Assembly: GCA_029866025.1 (NCBI GenBank)
Contig: JARXAD010000001.1
Location: forward strand, 143,361-207,360
DNA: 64,000 bases
Reading direction: 5' to 3'
Origin: Vampirovibrionales bacterium
GTDB lineage: Bacteria > Cyanobacteriota > Vampirovibrionia > Vampirovibrionales > Vampirovibrionaceae
Numbering within the stretch: position 1 is the stretch's first letter; every line of letters starts with the position of its first letter. Position numbers and translations under genes: made by a program. This document shows positions 60,305-64,000 of this stretch, in pieces. Under the pieces are notes generated by a model that was given only the letters and a program-made list of their open reading frames with translations, did not search any database and had not been told where the DNA came from.

Positions 60305-60613
60305 TTATTTGGCTGCAGGCGTATTTTCAATATAGGTGCAGCCCTCAAAAAAGCCTTTAGTTAATTCGCATTCTAGTGTTGGATTTATTTGAGTGACAGC
60401 TTGAGTACGGGTGCTTCCTACAGGACGAAGATCAATGCATGTTTCGGGTGTTCTGCCCGTCACTCGACTAATTTCAAGGATGTCGTTAGCCTGGTAGCAG
60501 CCCGTGACAGGCTTTGGAACGTGGAAATCGAGATCGACTTTAAACTGCTGACCTACTTTAAATTCATGGTCGCGAGCCACAACACCAAAACGAACGACGC
60601 GAAGATTAAGCAT
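60305..60613 (-). CDS. Small hypothetical protein (102 aa) starting MLNLRVVRFG
   Basis: AAGGG RBS before ATG 60613; fills the gap between atpG and murI; the ORF track extends it to 60682. Confidence 0.55.
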   Translation of the reverse strand: MLNLRVVRFGVVARDHEFKVGQQFKVDLDFHVPKPVTGCYQANDILEISRVTGRTPETCIDLRPVGSTRTQAVTQINPTLECELTKGFFEGCTYIENTPAAK

Positions 60614-60711
60614 GGATTTTACCCTTTTTATAAAAATGTAATGTCTTGGCCTTTTAAAGGCTAACCTAACAAACGTCCTCAATGTATAAAATTGCCTTGC
60701 AACCTATAGGC

Positions 60712-61620
60712 TCATACGGCTTCCACGCAAAGATCCTTGGGTTGCCACGATTGCACGCCTGGAATCACCAACCCGCTGCACTGCTGCGCCACGGTTTTAA
60801 AACGTTCCGGATCCCCCGTTACCCAAAACCCAGCAACGCTGGGCTTTTTAACCGCATCTTGGTTTTCAACCATACTTGCAGAGGCTAATCCTTCAACTAC
60901 CTGAGTCAATTTTGTCACCATCGCTTCGGCGGGATCAAGCATGGTCACCGTGTTGGGCAACCGTGCTGCCAAGGCCGCCCGCATATGGGGGTAATGCGTG
61001 CATCCCAGCACCAAGCTGGCTGAGGTGTTTGGCGAGAGATGCGTTTGAATTTCTGCCGCCACGGTGTCCAATAAGGTTTCGTAGGCAGCCGGGTCGGGAT
61101 GGCCGTGCTCAAAATACCCGGCCAACTGTTGACCCGATACTGAGCGAACGTCCAGTGCTGGATTCAATTCTTGTAGTACCCGCGGGTAGACCCCCATTGC
61201 GGTTGTTTTTGGGGTGGCTAGTATCACGATGGTGGGGTGGGCAAGATTACCATCGTTTGCCAATTGCTCACAAACAGGCTGAATAGGATCAATGATAGGT
61301 ACCTGATTGAGTGCCGACCACCCCGCCATTAGTCCATGCTCTATCATTAGGCTGGCAGCGGTATTACAGGCAAGGGCAATCACATCACATTGCTTGGCCA
61401 GCCACGGCAACAGCTGTGTTAAACGCTCTAGTAATACTGCTGGCGATTGTTCCCCATAAGGCATGTAGGCGTTGTCGGCCACGTACACAAAACGGGCATC
61501 GGGAAATTGGGCCATCAGCGGCGCCAATACCGTCAGTCCCCCCACCCCCGAATCAAACACGCCAATGGTCAGGCTCCAATGAGGGGTGTTTGCAATAGCG
61601 GCAGTATTTATGGATGTCAT
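60712..61620 (-). CDS. murI: Glutamate racemase
   Basis: IGVFDSGVGGLTV, PYG, ACNTA and LGCTHYP. Confidence 0.96.
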   Translation of the reverse strand: MTSINTAAIANTPHWSLTIGVFDSGVGGLTVLAPLMAQFPDARFVYVADNAYMPYGEQSPAVLLERLTQLLPWLAKQCDVIALACNTAASLMIEHGLMAGWSALNQVPIIDPIQPVCEQLANDGNLAHPTIVILATPKTTAMGVYPRVLQELNPALDVRSVSGQQLAGYFEHGHPDPAAYETLLDTVAAEIQTHLSPNTSASLVLGCTHYPHMRAALAARLPNTVTMLDPAEAMVTKLTQVVEGLASASMVENQDAVKKPSVAGFWVTGDPERFKTVAQQCSGLVIPGVQSWQPKDLCVEAV

Positions 61621-61734
61621 GGGGATTGAGGTGATTCCATAAAGGCCTTAGGCCTTCCATCGCGCGGCAGTCTGTCTATAATAAAGAAAAAGCGTTTCCG
61701 CGTTTACAATCCTTCGTTGGAAAGAATTTCTCTC

Positions 61735-61866
61735 ATGACCCCCACTCATACCGAAGGCACGGCCAAGCACCCCGTCTACAACACATCCGCCTTACTGTGG
61801 GTTGGGTTGATAGGTATTCCAGGCGCCCTGTTTCTTATGCTGCTGTTTAAACTGCATTTAATTTAA
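61735..61866 (+). CDS. 43-aa single-TM small protein (not in the ORF track)
   Basis: MTPTHTEGTAKHPVYNTSALLWVGLIGIPGALFLMLLFKLHLI; TATAAT at 61677-61682; fills the intergenic gap. Confidence 0.6.
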   Translation: MTPTHTEGTAKHPVYNTSALLWVGLIGIPGALFLMLLFKLHLI

Positions 61867-61889
61867 GCCAGTGGGTTTAGTAGCCCTGC

Positions 61890-62327
61890 CTACAAGGTAA
61901 AGGATAGGGGCAATAGTTCGCTAGGCGTCGTGTGGGTGATGGCCCCTGTTTGGGGATGGACAAACTGCACCTCGGCGTCGGGGGGCAATAACTCTGCCAT
62001 CACTTGCCGGCATGCCCCACACGGGGTGGCGGCCCCTTCAAACCGTTGGCCATACTGTTGTTTTACATCGTTGGCCCATATGGCAATGGCCTTTAGTTTT
62101 CCGGCGTACCCTTGGGCTATGGCGGTAAACAAGGCGGTACGTTCGGCACAGTGGGTAAGCCCGTAGCTGGCGTTTTCTACATTCACGCCCGTAATAATCT
62201 GGCCATCGGTGGTTTGTATTGCAGCCCCCACCAAAAAATGGCTATAAGGGGCATAGGCATGGCTACTTACCCGCTGAGCTTCTGATAAGAGCGGTGTTAG
62301 GGCAGCTTTTTCCAAAGGTTCTGCCAT
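61890..62327 (-). CDS. cdd: Cytidine deaminase (homotetrameric type)
   Basis: YAPYSHFLVGAA, NVENASYGLTHCAER and PCGACRQ. Confidence 0.96.
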   Translation of the reverse strand: MAEPLEKAALTPLLSEAQRVSSHAYAPYSHFLVGAAIQTTDGQIITGVNVENASYGLTHCAERTALFTAIAQGYAGKLKAIAIWANDVKQQYGQRFEGAATPCGACRQVMAELLPPDAEVQFVHPQTGAITHTTPSELLPLSFTL

Positions 62328-62328
62328 G

Positions 62329-63702
62329 TCAAAAGCTCCTGTGGGATGAGGGAGAAGGAGAGGGTTGTGTCTGGAGGTGTTGCTTTAAAAAGGCAATGGC
62401 TTTTTGTAGTTGTACATCAGGGCTTTGGGCAGAGAGCGTGTCAACAACGCGAATATCGGGTTGGATGCCTTTTTTATGGATATCTTGCCCCCGCGGGGTA
62501 AGATACCGGGCCACGGATAGGTTCATGCCTGAGCCGTCGGAGAGGGGGATAATTTTTTGCACCAGGCCTTTGCCAAAGGTAGTGGTGCCCATTAAGGTAA
62601 CGCGATGATTGTCATGCAGGGCGGCGCACAAAATTTCGCTGGCGCTGGCACTATTACCATCCATCAGTATTACGATGGGTAATGTTTTTGGATTGTCCAA
62701 GTCATTGGTATCGGCCTGTGCGTGTGCTTTTTCGCTGCCATGGAAGGGTTTCCCACTATCGGCCGAATGCCAACGGCTGGAAAACTTTTGCCACAAGGGG
62801 CTTTCATGGGGCCCTTGCACAATAACAATGGTGCCGTGGCTTAAAAAACGGTCGGCAATGGCAACAGCATTGTCCACCAAGCCCCCAAAGTTCCCCCGAA
62901 CATCGAGAATCAAGGCCTGCTTCTGGTCCACGTCGCGTAAGGCTTCTTCCAGCTCCTCCACCATGGTTTCACTTAAAAAAGAACTGAGGCGAATATGCTT
63001 TACCCACGGGGGAGTATCGTCTTCAACCGTAACCGATTGCAAATGGACGGCTGCCCGACGCAGGTTAAGGATGCGTGATTTTTGGGTGACAGACGACTGA
63101 ACCGTCAGCTGAACAGGCGTGCCCACAGGGCCTCGAATGGTATCGGCGGCTTTTTGAAGAGACATACCCGTGGCCGAAGTGCCATTGATATGGGTAATCG
63201 CCTCTTTGGGGAGAATACCTGCGGCTTTGGCGGGTGATTGATTGAGTACCGCCACCACCGTTAAAAGCCCATTGCGCATGCCCATTTGAATGCCCACTCC
63301 AAAGAGTTCGGCATTGATTTGCATGGATTGTTCACGCATCTCATTGGGCGGTAAAAACCGGCTGTACTCATCGTTCAAACTGGCCAGCATGGTATCAATG
63401 GCCACATAAGCATCCGTTGGCTCCGATAATTTTCCGTTATAGCGCTGTCGCCAAATATCCCATTGCTGATGATTCATGCTGGGGTCACGGAAGTCGGTTT
63501 TGGCTCGCTGCCAAGCTTCTTCAAACAGTGTTTGAGCCTGTACGGATGGATTGTTGGGGTTTAATTTGGCAATGAGAAAAGGAACAATGGTGTGATCGCC
63601 CCACCAGGCACCCAGGCAGAACGCCAGCAAGCCTAGCACGGTGGCCAAAGGCCACTGAAACCGCTTGGGTAGGTACAACGGCGGTAAACGAAACCCAGAC
63701 AT
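62329..63702 (-). CDS. ctpA: Carboxyl-terminal processing protease S41A with PDZ domain
   Basis: GVGIQ PDZ, DVRGNFGG, SASASEI (catalytic Ser), TFGKG (Lys) and GIQPD. Confidence 0.93.
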   Translation of the reverse strand: MSGFRLPPLYLPKRFQWPLATVLGLLAFCLGAWWGDHTIVPFLIAKLNPNNPSVQAQTLFEEAWQRAKTDFRDPSMNHQQWDIWRQRYNGKLSEPTDAYVAIDTMLASLNDEYSRFLPPNEMREQSMQINAELFGVGIQMGMRNGLLTVVAVLNQSPAKAAGILPKEAITHINGTSATGMSLQKAADTIRGPVGTPVQLTVQSSVTQKSRILNLRRAAVHLQSVTVEDDTPPWVKHIRLSSFLSETMVEELEEALRDVDQKQALILDVRGNFGGLVDNAVAIADRFLSHGTIVIVQGPHESPLWQKFSSRWHSADSGKPFHGSEKAHAQADTNDLDNPKTLPIVILMDGNSASASEILCAALHDNHRVTLMGTTTFGKGLVQKIIPLSDGSGMNLSVARYLTPRGQDIHKKGIQPDIRVVDTLSAQSPDVQLQKAIAFLKQHLQTQPSPSPSSHRSF

Positions 63703-63737
63703 GAAAGGACCTTAAACGTGAGGATAAACCCTGGGGC

Positions 63738-63774
63738 AAATAGAAAGAACCCCGCTACCAAGGCGGCAACGGGG
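63738..63774 (-). terminator. Probable terminator-like hairpin upstream of ctpA
   Basis: Minus strand CCCCGTTGCC-GCCTT-GGTAGCGGGG followed by TTCTTTCTATTT. Confidence 0.55.
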
Positions 63775-63805
63775 CACTTTTATAGAATAACTCTTAGTTA
63801 GCGAA

Positions 63806-64000
63806 CTAGAGGGAATCCACGTTGGGCAGCTTGGGCGAGGTGTTGGAGAGAATAAACAAATCAATGATCTCCGACAGCTCGTTGGCTTTGCCTTGGAAAA
63901 ACTTGATGTCGCTTTCCAGCTTGCGAATAACGGTTTTGTATTCTTCAATTTTTTTAATGTTGGCCCGCACCGAATCCAACATGTCGGATTGGGCAGATTG
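63806..64000 (-). CDS. C-terminal part of a coiled-coil hypothetical protein (5' end outside the window)
   Basis: Open frame …MLDSVRANIKKIEEYKTVIRKLESDIKFFQGKANELSEIIDLF…VDSL-stop. Confidence 0.65.
   Translation of the reverse strand, partial: QSAQSDMLDSVRANIKKIEEYKTVIRKLESDIKFFQGKANELSEIIDLFILSNTSPKLPNVDSL

Overview
Bacterial chromosomal segment of roughly 50% GC (judged by eye). Gene content suggests a non-photosynthetic relative of cyanobacteria, probably Vampirovibrionia/Melainabacteria (inference): a cyanobacterial-style split atp operon with b' but no beta/epsilon, ctpA, and no photosynthesis genes in the window. Housekeeping genes are era, hemB, mfd, valS, pyrB, apt, recJ, ruvB, the atp cluster, murI, cdd, ctpA and tRNA-Glu; lineage-specific genes are interspersed among them. 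Two candidate systems stand out. (1) A 17-kb alpha-glucan locus (32.8-49.9 kb). It encodes a phosphorylase lacking the PLP-binding lysine, MalQ, a divergent GT5 synthase, a SUC/SLC45-like MFS transporter, a 1,300-aa GH13 with very large insertions, and two translationally coupled paralogous membrane proteins of an unrecognised family, one fused to a second GH13. (2) A dispersed set of signal-peptide-less, EF-hand-like proteins: the 4.6-kb gene, a tandem triplet with C-terminal anchors at 22.3-25.5 kb, and a 1,124-aa Gly/Ala-zipper repeat protein at 50.3 kb. Three of these transcription units share an upstream TGTTTTTAT-N4/5-TATA motif. Also seen: a recurring N-terminal VRF[GA] motif, a subtilase lipoprotein split at a T7 run, and an unannotated 43-aa membrane protein. 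No CRISPR array, rRNA, transposase or integrase was seen.
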